From Promethearchaeota archaeon (GTDB lineage: Archaea; Asgardarchaeota; Heimdallarchaeia; Hodarchaeales; Hodarchaeaceae), in the NCBI GenBank assembly GCA_048938105.1, contig JBHLMN010000001.1, forward strand, positions 288,001 through 352,000: 64,000 nt of DNA. Direction: 5' to 3'. The notes under the pieces were generated by a model. The model made no database searches. It had not been told where the DNA came from and saw only the letters and a program-made list of their open reading frames with translations. Every line of letters begins with the position of its first letter. The stretch's first letter is position 1. This document shows positions 50,490 to 60,822 of the stretch, in pieces. Both the position numbers and the translations under genes were made by a program.

Positions 50490-51155
50490 TTAATTTTCAC
50501 CTTGTGTTACATTTTTAGCTATTACAACTTTAGTTGGGCGTAATACTTTAGAATTCAATAAATATCCAATCTGAACTTCTTCTAGAATTATATCCTCTTC
50601 AGTATCTGGATTAGATTTCACAAAAACAACTTCGTGGAAGTTAGGATCAAACTTCTCACCGATAGCTTGAATTCTTTCGACTCCTTCATTTTTCAAGATA
50701 GTGTTGAATTGTTTGCGAACTGATTGAAAGCCTTCAATCACTGAATGGTGAGAACTTTTCTCTTTACTAGACATATCTATTTCTGCTTTTTCAAAACTGT
50801 CAGCCAGATCGACAAGCTTAAGTAATAACCTTTCATTCGCCTCTTTCACAATCCTGGCTCGCTCTGTCCTCGTACGTTTTTCTAGGTTTTCATAGTCTGC
50901 CAATGCACGCAGATATTTTTGATGTGTCTTTTCATAAAACTCATCTTTCTCTTCGAGTTGTGTATATACTCGTTTCAATTCATCTATCAGTTCTTTTTTC
51001 GTATTATCTTCTACTAAATTAGGCGTCGAGTCTTTTTTAGCCGCAGTTTTTAGATTAGTCTCATTCTCAGTTTCTTCGATCTGATAATCAATATCTACGA
51101 TTTCTTCTTCGATCTTATTAGAGTTTTTGAGATTTTTTTTGCTCATAATAGACAC
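50490..51155 (-). CDS. grpE: Nucleotide exchange factor GrpE
   Basis: [34 protein letters not shown]. Confidence 0.95.
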   Translation of the reverse strand: MSIMSKKNLKNSNKIEEEIVDIDYQIEETENETNLKTAAKKDSTPNLVEDNTKKELIDELKRVYTQLEEKDEFYEKTHQKYLRALADYENLEKRTRTERARIVKEANERLLLKLVDLADSFEKAEIDMSSKEKSSHHSVIEGFQSVRKQFNTILKNEGVERIQAIGEKFDPNFHEVVFVKSNPDTEEDIILEEVQIGYLLNSKVLRPTKVVIAKNVTQGEN

Positions 51156-51156
51156 T

Positions 51157-51909
51157 TCATTCTGTTTTTGTGCTCAATGTTGATTCTAACCTGTCCATTA
51201 AATGAATACCTTTTTCAGGTAGTAACTTTTTTTCATGTAATATCCGTAGTGATTCTAAAAGCTCAGATCGCTTGGTATTAATCTCTTTTTGTATCAAATC
51301 AATGGATATAGGGGCTGAACTCGAAAAAATAGTGTAAGCAAGTTCTCTATCCTTCCGATGCACATCACCCTCAAGTTTCATTGAAATTGTTTCGTTTAAT
51401 TCTCCTGTAATAGAGAGTTTTCTGCTTAAAAGAAATGTTTCGATAGAACCGAGTTGATCAAGTACAGTGTCTATCCTTCCTATTTGTTTAGCAAAATCAA
51501 AATTTTTTACCTCTAATGCTTCCAACACATTAAATGATAAATCTTTGCTCAAAGATTCGACATAATCAAGAGGAAGTGACTTCTTTGTATCAAATTCTCC
51601 AATTGAAATCTCGAAAACGTCAAAATCAAAAGAATGTTGAGTTAAGGTAATCCTAACGGAAAGATTTTTCGCAATTCGATATATTTTTCTTGAAGGGCCG
51701 AATGGTCCTTCAACAGCCTCACGAACAATCCACCCCTTTTCCATCAAGCAATGAAGATGTCTTTGTAGAGATTGTTGAGATTTATTCAACTCCTGTGAGA
51801 GCTGAAAGAGATATTTTGGCTCTCGTGCAATGGATCGCAAAATATCACGGCGTGTATCATTGCCAACTAGCTCAAAAAATTCTTGTTCATCCACAGGAAA
51901 CAGAATCAC
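51157..51909 (-). CDS. ArsR-type wHTH regulator, COG1777 (Phr/HSR1-like heat-shock repressor)
   Basis: VGNDTRRDILRSIAREPKYLFQLSQEL..SQQSLQRHL, GPSRKIYRI; first gene of the grpE-dnaK-dnaJ operon. Confidence 0.8.
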   Translation of the reverse strand: MILFPVDEQEFFELVGNDTRRDILRSIAREPKYLFQLSQELNKSQQSLQRHLHCLMEKGWIVREAVEGPFGPSRKIYRIAKNLSVRITLTQHSFDFDVFEISIGEFDTKKSLPLDYVESLSKDLSFNVLEALEVKNFDFAKQIGRIDTVLDQLGSIETFLLSRKLSITGELNETISMKLEGDVHRKDRELAYTIFSSSAPISIDLIQKEINTKRSELLESLRILHEKKLLPEKGIHLMDRLESTLSTKTE

Positions 51910-51983
51910 CTTTCAAATGACATATATTGGTCAAAAGGGCAGTAATTGCTAATCAATTTTATAGCTTATTAGTAATTAAGTTG

Positions 51984-52009
51984 ACTAGTGGTAACTTAAG
52001 CTTACTAGT
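51984..52009. promoter_or_regulatory. Candidate heat-shock repressor operator
   Basis: ACTAGT flanks around GTAAC-N5-CTTAC; lies just downstream of a minus-strand TTTATAA (52037-52043). Confidence 0.4.
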
Positions 52010-52070
52010 TCCTCCAAATCTAAAACAAAAATTATATTATAAACCAGAATATTGAAAGAGATTTTTTAGG

Positions 52071-53027
52071 TCATTCCTCTTCGTCATTGGTAGAACTTAC
52101 TTCAAGAAAATCGGGATTCTGGGTCATCATGATTCTCATTTCTTCGATAGAAAGAGTTTTCTTTTTTGTATGACTTAATTTCTCTCGTATTTTTGCGCTT
52201 TGTGCTTCAAGTATTTCAGCAGTAACTCTATCGCGTTCAATCTGAATTCGTTCCTTTTGAATACGGCTTTGTTCTCTTAGAATACTTGACTTTTCCCTTA
52301 GAGTCTTATTCAATGCGCGAAACTCTTCACGCAATATTCGTATTTCATCTGCTTTTTCTAAGAATTCCTTATGTCTACGATCAGCTTCATCTTTCGCTCT
52401 TTTTCCTGCTTCATATAGTTCTGTTAACTGCTGATGTGACTTTTGCGATTTTTCCACTAATTCAGAGAAATCTTTCCAGCTATGATCGAGAAATCCACGA
52501 AGATTATTTATTTCACGGTTAAGCTCTTTTCGAGCTTGTAGTTTCTCTTCTGAAACAGATATCTCACCTAACTGCTCCATTAAACTGTTTACTTGATCTG
52601 TTAACTGTCTTTCCTCAGCTACTCCCATAGATGGAGTTGTTTGAATTTTCCAATCTAATCGATCAATTCGTTTACGAATACTTTTAGACTGCCTTATTTC
52701 TTTTTCATCAATATCCATTGATTTAATTTCTTCTTGAAGTGATTGGGCTTTTTTGATTAAACCTTTCATTTCCTCTAGGACACTACGGCGAACCATTTTC
52801 AATTCTTGGATAGATTGGTTATTTTTATCCCGTAATTCTTTAAGTTCCCTCACTTGAACAAAATTTTCTGAAGCTATCTTGTTAAGTTCGTCTCTTTCAG
52901 AACGATTTTGATTCCTTTCTCGCTCTAGTTTTCGAAGTTGGCTTAGTAACTGGGATTTTTGGTTACGAAGCTGTATTATTTCATCTTTCAGAGTCCTAAG
53001 GTCTTGAGTTTCAAAGGCCTTGGCCAT
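52071..53027 (-). CDS. Archaeal coiled-coil protein (COG1340-like)
   Basis: Long heptads with RDELN, IDRLDWKIQT, AEERQL, ADRRH, LSIEE motifs. Confidence 0.85.
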   Translation of the reverse strand: MAKAFETQDLRTLKDEIIQLRNQKSQLLSQLRKLERERNQNRSERDELNKIASENFVQVRELKELRDKNNQSIQELKMVRRSVLEEMKGLIKKAQSLQEEIKSMDIDEKEIRQSKSIRKRIDRLDWKIQTTPSMGVAEERQLTDQVNSLMEQLGEISVSEEKLQARKELNREINNLRGFLDHSWKDFSELVEKSQKSHQQLTELYEAGKRAKDEADRRHKEFLEKADEIRILREEFRALNKTLREKSSILREQSRIQKERIQIERDRVTAEILEAQSAKIREKLSHTKKKTLSIEEMRIMMTQNPDFLEVSSTNDEEE

Positions 53028-53365
53028 AAATAATGCACCATTAGGAATTAAATAGGCAGTTATTGATATTTTTGTAAGAACGATAACAGAAAAATCCGTT
53101 AAGCAGTATGATAAGGAAAAAAAACCTAATTTAAATCATCTTTGATTGCATTCAACAAGCACTTCTTATAAACTAAATAAATACAAGAGCTAATAAGACT
53201 GCTTTAATGCTTTTTTTTTACTTAAGGAGTTTTTAGATAATTATAAAGAGATTTTATCAGAGAGCTGAAATTTTCAATGCTTTTAATAAATAGAATGACA
53301 TTTGCACGAAAGCTGGATAAATATGACTTTTGAAACTCCTTTTATTTCGAATTAGTGGTAGAACT

Positions 53366-54103
53366 ATGACAGTAAATGCTTTAGGAGTGTTCTTTGATTT
53401 AGATGGTACTTTAATAGATTCAATGAGAAGTTTTTATGATCTAGTTATCAATAATCTTGAACGGAGGAATATTAATATCTCAAAAGAGGCTTTAAAGAGA
53501 CTTGGTATCGAATTAATAGAAGAATATCAAAGTACTCCCTCTGGACAAGGATTGCGTTTAGTTATTAACTTGTTTTGGAAGATTGGTAGAAAATCTGGAC
53601 TTTCTAGACTCAAAACAATAGGATTCACTTTTGATTGTATGTTAAAAGCGAGAAGTGTTTACTATACAGCATCCCTGTTTTCAGATGTAAAAAGAACATT
53701 ATCACGCCTTCAAGAGGCTGGATTTCACCTTGGTGTATATACAATGGCCTCTCGTAAACAATTGATAGAGACCCTTAGTAAACACGAGATTATTCACTAT
53801 TTTAATCCAAAAGGATTAATTTCAAGGAATGATGTTAGGAGAGCAAAACCCGATCCAGAAGGCCTTTTATTAGCGCTTAAAATGTGCTCTATTCATCCTT
53901 CAAAAGGGGTTTATATCGGAGACATGCCTGTCGATGTGATAGCAGGAAACAATGCAGGAATAAGTACTATTGCTATGACTACAGGATTAATAAACAGGAC
54001 AATATTCGAACAGTATTGCCATCCTTCTGCCATTTTCGATTCTTTAGACCAAGCAACAAATTGGATCTTGCAAACAATTCCACCTAATTCTCCCAATTCG
54101 TAA
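53366..54103 (+). CDS. HAD-superfamily phosphatase
   Basis: FDLDGTLIDS, KPDPE, YIGDMPVD; probable start ATG 53366. Confidence 0.9.
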   Translation: MTVNALGVFFDLDGTLIDSMRSFYDLVINNLERRNINISKEALKRLGIELIEEYQSTPSGQGLRLVINLFWKIGRKSGLSRLKTIGFTFDCMLKARSVYYTASLFSDVKRTLSRLQEAGFHLGVYTMASRKQLIETLSKHEIIHYFNPKGLISRNDVRRAKPDPEGLLLALKMCSIHPSKGVYIGDMPVDVIAGNNAGISTIAMTTGLINRTIFEQYCHPSAIFDSLDQATNWILQTIPPNSPNS

Positions 54104-54241
54104 TTTTAACAACTAATCTTATCTTGTGAAAATACAAAGAATAATTATTAATGGTCTTAAATGATTGAAAAAGGGATTTTCCAAAAAATACAACCAAATT
54201 AACTAATTTATCATCCAATCCTTCTATTTGGAGTTTTGAAA

Positions 54242-55291
54242 ATGACTGATTTATCCTTCGACGAAGTACTCGCTCGTTTAAATGAATTAGGTAGGTCTGT
54301 TGAGCCGAAGATGCAAGAGTTTCTCTTAAAAGGAATTGATCCAGAATTTCAGGATTTAGTATTGTGGCAAACTAAAACAGGAGGAAAAAGATTACGGCCA
54401 GCATTAACTATCATTTTTGCTCAAGCATTTGGAGCATCTCCTAATGATTCAGAGGTTTTAGCTGCTGCAGCAGGAATTGAACTCATTCACAATTATTCAC
54501 TGATTCTAGATGATATCATTGATCGCGGTGAGGTTCGACGTGGTAATCCTTCTGTAAGAGCTAAATATGGAGACGAATTCGCAATTCTTTCTGGAATTAT
54601 TCATCGTGAAAGCGTATATGAGGCTGCGAAATCGACTGGAAAGTATATAACTGATGCAATTAACATTTATTCGGAAACTATCAGGAAGTTAACTGAAGGG
54701 GAACGATTAGATATCCTTTTTGAACAAAAAGATGATAGAACCCATGAATACTTTCAAGCAAATCGGTTTCATACAATTACAATTGATGATTATCATAAGA
54801 TGATATCAGGAAAAACAGCTTCACTCATCGCTGCTGCTTGTAAACTGGGAGCTCTTGTTGGAGGAGCATCCATTGATGAACAGGAGGTTGCAGAAAAGTT
54901 TGGATGGACAACAGGTATTGCTTTTCAAATAGCTGATGATTATCTTGATATTTTTACCATTTCAGATAAGTTTGGAAAAGAAATCTATAAAGACATTATC
55001 GAACAAAAACTAGGGAATTTTGTTATATTACAAGCATTAAAAGCGTTTAAAGAAGATAAGGCAGAACAGCTTAAGAAACACCTAAAAGATCCAACACTTT
55101 CAGATGAAGATCGGATAAATAGATGTCTTCCTTTGATTGAGGAATCTAATGCAAAGGAAACCGTGTTAGAAGAGGCTGAGCGATGGGCAGACAAAGCAAA
55201 AACGATTTTGTCATCTGTTGAACTCAAGAACGAGAATTTACGTACTATATTGGAAAAGCTTGCTGAATTTACTGTTAGAAGAGCTTTCTGA
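54242..55291 (+). CDS. idsA: Short-chain polyprenyl diphosphate synthase (GGPP synthase)
   Basis: GGKRLRP, FARM DDIID with Tyr at position -5, RRG, GKT, FQIADDYLD. Confidence 0.88.
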   Translation: MTDLSFDEVLARLNELGRSVEPKMQEFLLKGIDPEFQDLVLWQTKTGGKRLRPALTIIFAQAFGASPNDSEVLAAAAGIELIHNYSLILDDIIDRGEVRRGNPSVRAKYGDEFAILSGIIHRESVYEAAKSTGKYITDAINIYSETIRKLTEGERLDILFEQKDDRTHEYFQANRFHTITIDDYHKMISGKTASLIAAACKLGALVGGASIDEQEVAEKFGWTTGIAFQIADDYLDIFTISDKFGKEIYKDIIEQKLGNFVILQALKAFKEDKAEQLKKHLKDPTLSDEDRINRCLPLIEESNAKETVLEEAERWADKAKTILSSVELKNENLRTILEKLAEFTVRRAF

Positions 55292-55349
55292 CTTATATAT
55301 AGTTAAAAATACATCTTATTAATCTGATTACAATAAAATTAGAAAGAAA

Positions 55350-55973
55350 TTATTTTTTTGGATTTGACTTTTCCATAAGTTCAGCTAAATGATCAAGCTC
55401 TTCTAGTCCACTTTTAAGCTCTTCATCTAGTTCTTTAATTTTCCGCTTTAAAAACTTAATAGTATTTTCATTGTCTTTTTGTGATAATTCTTCCCCACAT
55501 GTAGTACAAATGAATCCGAGTTCAAATGCATCGGAGAAAGTAACAGGCGTATGTCCTTCACTACATACGTATAATAGGTTTCTTTGTTCGTAATCTAAAC
55601 GTTGTCTTAATTTTCTTATTGAGAGCTTTCGTCTATTCACAATAAGATCAAGTATTCTTTCAAAAATAGGACTCCAATAATAGACAAAATACCCCGTTTC
55701 TTTGTCTCTAACACGCCGATAACGAGCTAAAGACCTTTCATTTAATTTATACAACGATTTTCTAACTTCTTTTAAAGCGATACGTGAAATTTCTTTTTCC
55801 TTGTCATCATTCAGATCTTTCTGTGACTGTTCTATCTCTTCATTAATAATATTAACCATCTCTTCATCAATTATCTCCTTATGTTCAAGAAGTACATTAA
55901 GAACCTTGACTGTGGTTTTATCTGTCAATTTAAGGATAATATCATTAAGTTGAGAAAAAGACAAAGATTGCAC
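55350..55973 (-). CDS. tfe: Transcription factor E (TFE/TFIIE-alpha)
   Basis: VRKSLYKL, RDKETGYFVYYW, CSEGH...CTTCG zinc ribbon, DN. Confidence 0.92.
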   Translation of the reverse strand: MQSLSFSQLNDIILKLTDKTTVKVLNVLLEHKEIIDEEMVNIINEEIEQSQKDLNDDKEKEISRIALKEVRKSLYKLNERSLARYRRVRDKETGYFVYYWSPIFERILDLIVNRRKLSIRKLRQRLDYEQRNLLYVCSEGHTPVTFSDAFELGFICTTCGEELSQKDNENTIKFLKRKIKELDEELKSGLEELDHLAELMEKSNPKK

Positions 55974-56055
55974 CTTAAAGCAAGGATAACTAATTTATGA
56001 CATTTTCAATTATTAAATACTGAAATAACAGAATAAAATGTAGAGAATGGACTGG

Positions 56056-56529
56056 TTAGAAATTTTCTAATTCTTTGAGCGCTGCCATAATTGATTGAGA
56101 TTCTGGTTTCTTTATTTTGACAGCGGAAGGCTCTGTTATCTTGTCCATAAGAGAAGACAAAGCTTCAGAGGATTCCTTCATCTTAACACGAATTAATCCG
56201 AGTTGAGCATCTGGTTCGGCCACAACAACCAAAACACCCCGTTCACCGCTTTGTGCAGTAAGAATTTTGCCATCATTAAATTCAGCAAGCATTATTCCTA
56301 GCTCTCCTAAAGTAAGAGCACTCCCTTGTTCCGCGGCTCCACAAAATACAGCTGAAGCTATAGCTCCAATACTTTCGAGATCAAAAGCTCCCATAGTTTC
56401 CGAAACTAACAGTCTAGAAGCTCTAGCTATGGTCAACCCAGTTCTATCACCCAATAAAGTGACCTTAATAGAAGTATCACTTTTCAATAGACGAGTCAGC
56501 TCGCGGTGGATTTCGTCTCTTTGTACCAT
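56056..56529 (-). CDS. Roadblock/LC7 (MglB-like) protein
   Basis: LLGDRTGLTIA, IGAIASAVF, LGEL, GKIL, AQLGLIRVKMK; C-terminal amphipathic helix. Confidence 0.9.
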   Translation of the reverse strand: MVQRDEIHRELTRLLKSDTSIKVTLLGDRTGLTIARASRLLVSETMGAFDLESIGAIASAVFCGAAEQGSALTLGELGIMLAEFNDGKILTAQSGERGVLVVVAEPDAQLGLIRVKMKESSEALSSLMDKITEPSAVKIKKPESQSIMAALKELENF

Positions 56530-56654
56530 ACAGCTTTCACCTAAATCCTCATGACTTTCTACTCACTGTTCCACTTATATCACTTTTTAATATTATGATT
56601 ATAAATTCTTTTTCTAATGTTTCCTTAATACCTTTCAACTTCAATTTAAATGTT

Positions 56655-57374
56655 TCAAAGAATAACTATTACGATGACTAAGGCAATTACTGACCCTGCT
56701 AATAAGGCTAATAATGTCCTGTTCTGAGTCAACTTTCTAGAAATTTTTCCTAACGTAGATTGAACTTTTTGTAGTTTAGTGTCAACCTCAGTTATTTTCT
56801 CGTCAATCTTATCAAGCTTGACACCTTGTTCGTCAAGTCTTTGTGTTAAAGTAGTCAAACTTTGAGAAATTTGATTCATTTGAGCATTCATTTGATCCAT
56901 TGATGTTAGAAAGGAATTCTCTAAAATTTGAAGCCGTTCTTCTAAAGTACCTACATTTTGGGAAGTGATCGCTTCACCAGGGTAAGCTAACTCATAGATT
57001 CGGTTTCCCATTTCATCGCTTGCAGGAGGGGCAGCTTGTAAATCCATAGATTCTATTGATTCGCTTATATTGGCCAATGTTCCTCGTAATAGGTGCATCT
57101 TTCGTTTTGTTTCTTTTATTTCATCTGTTTTTTGATTTTGACGACGAATAGAGCTTGGTTGCACGAACTTAGGCATTGATGCCAGAATCTTAGAAGAAAA
57201 CGATCGTTTTTGGATGACTTGATTGGAATAACCTGAGGAGATATCATCTGCCATACTTTCCATAGATTCTAGAACTGATTCAAGATCATTAATGAATCCC
57301 ACAATAAGCTCTTTTTCACTGGGTTCTTCAGTTTTTTTTAGCCATTTTCCTAACCGTTTTGTTATAACAGACAA
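56655..57374 (-). CDS. Tail-anchored Q-SNARE-like protein
   Basis: Heptad stretch with Gln183 at the zero layer and hydrophobic layers -7 to +8, short basic linker, C-terminal TM. Confidence 0.75.
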   Translation of the reverse strand: MSVITKRLGKWLKKTEEPSEKELIVGFINDLESVLESMESMADDISSGYSNQVIQKRSFSSKILASMPKFVQPSSIRRQNQKTDEIKETKRKMHLLRGTLANISESIESMDLQAAPPASDEMGNRIYELAYPGEAITSQNVGTLEERLQILENSFLTSMDQMNAQMNQISQSLTTLTQRLDEQGVKLDKIDEKITEVDTKLQKVQSTLGKISRKLTQNRTLLALLAGSVIALVIVIVIL

Positions 57375-57770
57375 TTTTTTGTCTCCAACTCATTTTTTCT
57401 GGACAATACCATATTTAATTAGCCAATTATGATATAAATTCCTAAACTGAGATCTTCATGGTGCATTCATTTTAAATTAATTTAAAGTATTCTTTTAGGA
57501 TATTTTTTGAGTGAAAATTGCGTATAAATCTTATAAAATTCATTCTTTTGTCTCAATTAACAAGATTTTGCTTTTTAAATTATTCCAATTAATAATTAAA
57601 TGTCTATTATACATTTAGTGTACATACCTTTTTGCATTGACCTTTAGTTTTTAGAAAATTACAATCATCAAGATGATTGTTCACTAATAATGTCTTAATT
57701 AAAATAAGCAGACAAACAAAAAGGATATGAGAACCTCTACGAGGCTACTTTTAGACAAGAAGGAATTCCT

Positions 57771-59078
57771 TTGCAAACTACAAATAATTCTTTGATAATT
57801 TCAAATGCAAGTGAAATTGTAACACTTAGATCTAAAGGTTCTACATCCCACCTAAGGATGAGTGATCAAGAGTTAATACTAATCAAGAACGGGTCTCTCA
57901 TTATTCAAAATGGGAAAATCACCGATATCCTTGATTATCCTGTTTCTGACTCTACTTTTTCTATCTCGGAACCATTTACTTTAGTGGACGCAACCAAGAA
58001 AACAGTGATTCCAGGTTTAGTTGATTCTCACACACATCTTTCTTTTGCAGGAAACCGTGAGGATGAACTGGAGATGAAGTTACAAGGTTTAACTTATCTT
58101 GAAATTCTTAAACAAGGTGGTGGAATCATGAGAACTGTTAAAGCAACACGGAAAGCTTATTTAGAAGATTTAGTTGTAAGGGGTAAAGAAAATGCAGACA
58201 TTATGCTTAAACACGGAACTACAACTATCGAGGCAAAAAGTGGTTATGGCCTTGATCTGGAAAACGAGATTAAACAATTAGAAGCCTTAAGAATATTAAA
58301 CAAAAAGTGTTATAGTTCAGTTATTCCGACATACTTGGGTGCACATGCTCTACCTCCTGAATATTCTAATCAAAAGGAGAAATACATCAATTTGATGATT
58401 CAAGAAGTTATTCCCAAAATTTCAAAAAATCATCTAGCGAAATTTATTGATGTTTTTTGTGAAAAAGGGGTTTATTCCATTGAAGAAAGTCGAGACATCC
58501 TTTTAGCAGGAAAAAAAGAAGGTTTGAGGCCAAAAATACATGCTGATGAGATTGTACGAACGGGAGGGGCTCAGCTAGCTGCAGAAGTAGGAGCTATTTC
58601 TGCTGATCATCTATTAATGACTGACGAAGATGGTTTTAGAGCTTTAGGGAATGCAGGAGTCATCCCAGTACTTTTACCTGGAACACCCTTCTCCCTCATG
58701 AAAAAGGAATACCCACCTGCTCGACAAATGATTGATAAATTTGATCTCCCAGTAGCTTTAGCAACTGATCTAAATCCAAATTGTTTTTGTCATTCTATGC
58801 TCCAAATCATCACTTTAGCTTGTTTCAACATGCAAATGACACCTGCAGAAGCCTTAATTGCAGCAACTAGCAATTCTGCAGCAGCTATTGGCCTTCGAGA
58901 GGAAATAGGAAGCATTGAGGTAGGAAAGCAGGCTGATTTAGTAATACTCAACTCTCTTAATTATAAATATATTCCGTATATGTTTGGATCAGCCAGCTTG
59001 ATAAATACAGTAATAAAGAATGGTAAAGTGGTTGCGACGAATACTCCTGCGCTTGTTAAAAAGTATGAATGTTTATAG
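57771..59078 (+). CDS. hutI: Imidazolonepropionase
   Basis: DSHTH, GGGI, EAKSGYGL, YLGAH, DVFCE, KIHADE, SADHL, ATDLNP. Confidence 0.95.
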   Translation: MQTTNNSLIISNASEIVTLRSKGSTSHLRMSDQELILIKNGSLIIQNGKITDILDYPVSDSTFSISEPFTLVDATKKTVIPGLVDSHTHLSFAGNREDELEMKLQGLTYLEILKQGGGIMRTVKATRKAYLEDLVVRGKENADIMLKHGTTTIEAKSGYGLDLENEIKQLEALRILNKKCYSSVIPTYLGAHALPPEYSNQKEKYINLMIQEVIPKISKNHLAKFIDVFCEKGVYSIEESRDILLAGKKEGLRPKIHADEIVRTGGAQLAAEVGAISADHLLMTDEDGFRALGNAGVIPVLLPGTPFSLMKKEYPPARQMIDKFDLPVALATDLNPNCFCHSMLQIITLACFNMQMTPAEALIAATSNSAAAIGLREEIGSIEVGKQADLVILNSLNYKYIPYMFGSASLINTVIKNGKVVATNTPALVKKYECL

Positions 59079-60572
59079 TTTTCTGTTTTTGATTAATTCA
59101 ACACATTGGTTAATGTCAGGTGACAACTCACGATCCTCAATTAGCTTAGGCACTACTTTTCGAATTTTGTGATAGACTTCTAGGGATTTTTGTGCGAGTT
59201 GATCTTGAATTTCAGCTAAGTCAATGGCTTGCGATACACACAGAAGTTCAATGGCAAGAATGTATTGCACATGTTTAATAATTTTCCGTGTCTGAATCGC
59301 TGCAATTGATCCCATACTTACATGATCTTCTTGATTAGCAGATACTGGTATTGAATCAATTGAAGCTGGGGATGCTAAGTGTTTATTTTCAGATACTAAT
59401 GAAGCAGCTGTATATTGAGCTATCATGAAACCAGAGTTCACACCACTTCTTAAGGTGAGAAAAGCGGGTAAACCACTGAGAGTAGGATTTAACAACCTTT
59501 CTATCCGACGTTCCGAAATATTTCCCAGTTCTGCAATTGAAATGGCTAAAAAGTCCATGGCTAGAGCGATGGGTTGTCCATGAAAGTTTCCACCACTGAG
59601 AATTTTATCAGAAGAGAAAATTAAAGGATTATCAGTTGAGGAGTTCATTTCAGTTAAAACAATATTTTTTACAAATCTAATTGTGTCTAATGTAGCCCCG
59701 TGAACTACAGGAACACATCGTAACGAATAACTGTCTTGATAAGCAATATTTTGGCGTGTTCGTTTACTTCCTTTAAGATAATCACGAATTGATTTTGCTG
59801 TTTGTATTTGGCCTTTATGTGGACGTGCTTCGTGAATTAAGGGATTTAATGCATCAATATTAGCTTGATGCACTTCCATACTTAAACTAGCCGCTAAATT
59901 CGCAACTTTAACGAGGTACTCTGCATCTGACACCGCTATTGCTGCTATTGAAGTCATTGCTTGAGTTCCATTGAGAAGTGCTAGTCCTTCCTTAGCAATC
60001 AGCTTTATAGGAGACAACCCAGCTTTTTCTAAGGCTTGGAGACCTGAAGTCCGTTTTCCTTCAAAATTTACAAGGCCTTTACCTATTAAAACTAATGCTA
60101 GATGTGCTAAAGGAGCTAGATCTCCACTCGCTCCTAAGCTTCCTCGTGAAGGTACAATAGGAGTAATATTCTTGTTCAGAAAATCTAATAATAGAGAAAC
60201 TACCTTTAAACGGATACCAGAGTGACCCCGTGCAAATTTATTGACTTGGAGTACTATCATACCTCGTACAACCTCTTGAGAGAATTCTGAACCCACTCCT
60301 GCGGAATGACTGACTACTAGGTTTTTTTGCAGTTTTTCAGCATCAAGAGGTGAAACAACAGTATTTTGTAGATATCCAAATCCAGTAGTAACACCATATA
60401 CCATACGATTTTCTTTTAGAATATTTTGTATAATTTTAGCAGCCTGATTAATCCTTTCTTTGGCTTCAGCAGTAAGTTGAACTCTTTTATGATCACGAGC
60501 GACAGCAACCATATCCAAGATAGATAAATCATTTCCATTTAATTCTATTATTGATTTCTTCATCATAATCAC
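59073..60572 (-). CDS. hutH: Histidine ammonia-lyase
   Basis: YGVTTGFG, SHSAG, GASGDLAPL (MIO), QDSYSLRC, SGGNFHG, NQEDHVSM. Confidence 0.95.
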   Translation of the reverse strand: MIMMKKSIIELNGNDLSILDMVAVARDHKRVQLTAEAKERINQAAKIIQNILKENRMVYGVTTGFGYLQNTVVSPLDAEKLQKNLVVSHSAGVGSEFSQEVVRGMIVLQVNKFARGHSGIRLKVVSLLLDFLNKNITPIVPSRGSLGASGDLAPLAHLALVLIGKGLVNFEGKRTSGLQALEKAGLSPIKLIAKEGLALLNGTQAMTSIAAIAVSDAEYLVKVANLAASLSMEVHQANIDALNPLIHEARPHKGQIQTAKSIRDYLKGSKRTRQNIAYQDSYSLRCVPVVHGATLDTIRFVKNIVLTEMNSSTDNPLIFSSDKILSGGNFHGQPIALAMDFLAISIAELGNISERRIERLLNPTLSGLPAFLTLRSGVNSGFMIAQYTAASLVSENKHLASPASIDSIPVSANQEDHVSMGSIAAIQTRKIIKHVQYILAIELLCVSQAIDLAEIQDQLAQKSLEVYHKIRKVVPKLIEDRELSPDINQCVELIKNRKL

Positions 60573-60822
60573 TAATTATAAGTATGGAACAGATATTAGA
60601 ACTATAACAGGCTTTTTCTAATCGATATTTCCTATTGTAGCAATTAACTCTTATTAAAGGCATAATCAAATATCAAGAAAATAATACTTCCAGTCATAGG
60701 AAGAATCTTTCTAAGTCTCCTGCTTATATATCAATTGTCAAGTAACTCATTCGATGTAAAGAAAATTCTTTTCACAAAGGTATCTAAAATTTTGTTAAAT
60801 TAACTCTTTGGTTCCCTAAAGC

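Noticed and set aside
52071-53027. Long coiled coil as a possible SMC, ESCRT-III or intermediate-filament-like protein
   Set aside because: Motifs fit the widespread archaeal COG1340 family; no ATPase head or Snf7 pattern
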